Positions 61,198-64,000 of a DNA stretch of 64,000 nucleotides are shown here, piece by piece (the stretch's first letter is position 1; every line of letters begins with the position of its first letter). A program made the position numbers and the translations under genes. The notes beneath the pieces are model-generated. The model made no database searches, was not told the origin of the DNA, and was given only the letters and a program-made list of their open reading frames with translations. The stretch lies in contig CAWGTN010000002.1 in assembly GCA_963825525.1 (NCBI GenBank), positions 1,954,508-2,018,507 on the forward strand, given 5' to 3'. The DNA is from an uncultured Chloroflexia bacterium (lineage in GTDB: Bacteria; Chloroflexota; Limnocylindria; QHBO01).

Positions 61198-63106
61198 TGC
61201 GCTGCCCCACCATGTTGCGTTGAGGTTCGAAGCCGACCTCGAAGTTCTGTCTCCGTTGCCGCGTCCTCGAAGTAGACATAGCAGCCTTTGAGGCCGCGGG
61301 TGAGGAGGACGCGGTAGGTGCGTTTGACGAGGTCGGTGAAGCGGTCGCCGGAGCGTTTGACGATGGAGTCGTGGGAGTGGCTCGGGTCGCCGATCCAGTC
61401 GTTGGTGGCGGGATCCCAGCGCAGGTCGCGGCCCCAGATGACGCCGACGTAGTCGAACTCGAAGCCCTGGGCGGTGTAGACGCAGCCGACCTGGTTGATG
61501 CCGTTCGGGTCGGAAGCCCAGAAGTTCGAGGGCGGGATGCCCGGGGCGAGGCGGCCGGCATCGGGCTTGGCGTTCCGGGCATCTGCCAGGCGCCGACCTT
61601 GACGTCGTTGACGAGGGTGCCATCGGCGTTCCGGGTTGCTCCAGGGCCAGCAGAAGCCGGCGGTCAGGCGGGCGGAGTGGCCCTCATCGGCCTTCGTGCG
61701 GATCAGGGCGTCGGGCTGCTCGACCGAGTCGACGATGCGGAAGTCGAACGTCTCGTTGTCGGCGTCCCAGGTCGGGGTGGCCGCTTCGGGCGAGGCCGAG
61801 GGTGTGGTCGACCCCGGAGAGGAAGGCCTTCGAGCCTGACATGCGGAACTGGGTGTCGAGCTCGAACGCGCTGACATCGGCGCCGTTGCGATCGGCGGCC
61901 TCGAGGATGCGCTGGGTGCTGCCGACCTCGTTCGGGCGGACGGTCTGGTAGTCGTCGATGAAGAAGACCGTGGTCTTGGCGGCCTTGATGAGCTCGTCCA
62001 CCTGCGGGAGGTCGGTGCGCATCGCCTTCGGCGTGAAGCGGCTGGCGCTCGTCTCGCGAAGCCGATGCGCCTCGTCGAGGATGAGGACGTCGACGTCGTT
62101 CGCGTCGGCGTTGCCGTACTGGTTGAAGTACTTGAACTGCGAGCCGCCGGCGCGCCGGCCGACAACGCGGCGGATGTTCTCGGTGAATGCCTTGGAGCCG
62201 GTGGCCGTGCTCGGCGTTGTAGCGATCGGCCAGCTCGCCCACGAGGTGGAGCGCGATGACGCTCTTGCCGGTTCCGGGGCCGCCCTGGATGAGGACGACC
62301 GACTTCTTCGCATCGTGGTAGCCGGCGCGAGCCTCGGCCAGGACCGACTCGAAGGCGACCCGCTGCTCGTCGAGGAGCACGAGCTCGCTGGGGGCCACGA
62401 TCATGGCCGCGGTGTGCTCGAGGAGCTTGCGGCTGGGGCGGTACTCGGACTCGAGGACGCGAGCCATGATCGGGGATGGCCATCGCCCTGGCTCAGGTGG
62501 ATGTCGAGGTAGTCGGCCAGCTTGTCGGACTGCGTGGCCGGTGAAGAGGGGATTGGCGGTCCAGCGCATCGGCGTGGCGATCGGACCACAGCTCGCCGGC
62601 CGGGGTCGTGCGGGAAGGTTGTGGAGGTAGCTGACGGCGGTGAGAGCGACCGCATCGGGCATCGTAGAAGACCGCGTGGTTGTCGAGCAGCCATTGCTGG
62701 TAGCCGCCTACCTGGACCGATGGGTGGAGCACGCGGCGGACGGCCTTGCCCACGAAGGGTTTCGACGCAGAACTCGGCGGGGGAGGGGCCGAGCCTCGCC
62801 GCTCCACTGCTTGAGCTCGACGACGACGGCGTTCTCGGCGCTGGTGGCGGAATGGCCGGTGAGCAGGGCGTCGAGGCGGCGGCTGGTGTTGCCGAGCTGG
62901 TACTCGAGGATGACGCCGTGGTCGTTCGGCTCGGCCTGGTCGAGGAGCATCGAGAGCGCCATGAGGCTGTTCTGCCAGGCCGCGACCTCGCCGGGTACGG
63001 GTTTGTAGCCGATGGTGGCGATGTACTCGGTGCGCAGCTTATCGGCGATGCGGTGGAGCTGGGCATCGGTCCGAAACTGCTCGGTCGTCCCGGCGTAGAG
63101 CTTCAT
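61194..63106 (-). CDS. DUF2075 (Schlafen group 3-like) helicase with N-terminal PD-(D/E)XK-like domain; multiple frameshifts
   Basis: AWQNSL, LEYQL..RLDALL..VVVELKQWS, LLDEQ, GGPGTGKSVIA, LILDEAHRL, TQFR, AGFCWPW, CVYTAQGFEFDY, YRVLLTRG. Confidence 0.85.
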
Positions 63107-63279
63107 CGGGCCGCACACGCTGCAGCGATGCCTGGCTTCGGCGTGACGCGCGCTCGGGATGCGCGTGAATCAACCCCCTGTCCCCTCTGCGACGGGCAGC
63201 TTGGCCGTTAGGTTCGCGATAGTTGTCCAGCGAGGCGCCTGATCGCGGCGCGATAGCAGCATCTTCAAGACCCGCAGCC

Positions 63280-63865
63280 CTACCAGCTCTCGGTCCAGTG
63301 CCACCAGCCGTCGCCGATGAACTCGTATCGGTCCTCGCCGATGCGCGGCGGCTCGCCGGCGGGGTAGGCGAAGCCAACAGGGTCCAGGAAGCCGGAGCCC
63401 CAGATCAGAAACCGACACCCGTTCTCGTATCGGTCGATGCGCTCCACCGGGTAGAGCCCGATCCAGGCGGGCGCCGCGCCCGGGTTTGCCGCGATCTGCG
63501 ATGCGGCGTCCTCCATTCCCGCGCGACTCGCAACAAGTCGCACGTGGAACGGGATCGGGGAGAGGAAGGCGTAGTAGGTCGCGATGACGAGGACCGGGAG
63601 TCGGATCCCACTGCGCCCACTCCCGCGCCGCTAGCCGCAGACGCCGGTGTACGAGCGTCGGGAAGAAGGAATGAAGCCAGACGGCGAGCAGCACCGTGCC
63701 GGCCATCCCGCCCACGAAGAACATCAACCACGACGCGCGGCTGCTCGCCTCGAGCACCAACAAGGCAATCCCGAGGGCCGCCGCATATGTCCAGCGGTTC
63801 GGCGCAGCCCAGGTTCTTGCTGGAAGAATTGCCGCAGGGACGATCGGCCTCTCGACTGCCGTCAT
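63280..63865 (-). CDS. Hypothetical membrane protein; frameshift ~63600
   Basis: AAGGA SD, two to three TM helices, then in another frame WIGLYPV...GFLDPVGFAY...DGWWHWTESW*. Confidence 0.6.
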
Positions 63866-64000
63866 CCTTCAGACACCCCCTTGCTCGCCGTTCACACGAC
63901 CTGGCCAGCTGGACGACTGTGTCCTCGACTTGGTGGTCGAACACTTGCCTCGAGCGCGGTAACTGACTGAACCGTCGCCGACTGATCAAACGGCATGGCC

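Overview
High-GC (about 70% by eye) bacterial chromosomal window. Gene style suggests a soil or freshwater Chloroflexota/Actinobacteria-like organism (inference only). Many genes carry single-base frameshifts that look like long-read indel errors and become denser toward the right end. The first ~42 kb holds mostly ordinary genes: hydrolases, four MFS transporters, MarR/DtxR/ArsR/LacI/MerR regulators, acs, lysA, a GH26 gene interrupted by an in-frame TAG, and an iolD-iolE-iolG / transaldolase-iolB inositol-type cluster. Two structures stand out. (1) At 42.0-52.1 kb, five co-oriented palindromic elements of exactly 126 bp, with covarying hairpin ends, divide the DNA into self-contained gene modules. 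The last two copies tightly bracket an XRE-HTH + PD-(D/E)XK-like nuclease gene, suggesting a REPIN- or integron-like cassette system with no RAYT or integrase in the window. (2) At 55.6-63.1 kb, after a class II ribonucleotide reductase (nrdJ), a DUF2075 nuclease-helicase has its last ~306 bp repeated as an orphan C-terminus. Each C-terminus is translationally coupled to a different lower-GC cargo gene (an NDT/TIR-like + P-loop ATPase, and a large membrane protein), resembling a stacked defence-cassette array. A second ~178-bp double-hairpin repeat family, pervasive leaderless promoters and several readable operators (NrdR, MerR, LacI, TetR, MarR, ECF) are also visible. No rRNA, tRNA or CRISPR array was recognised.
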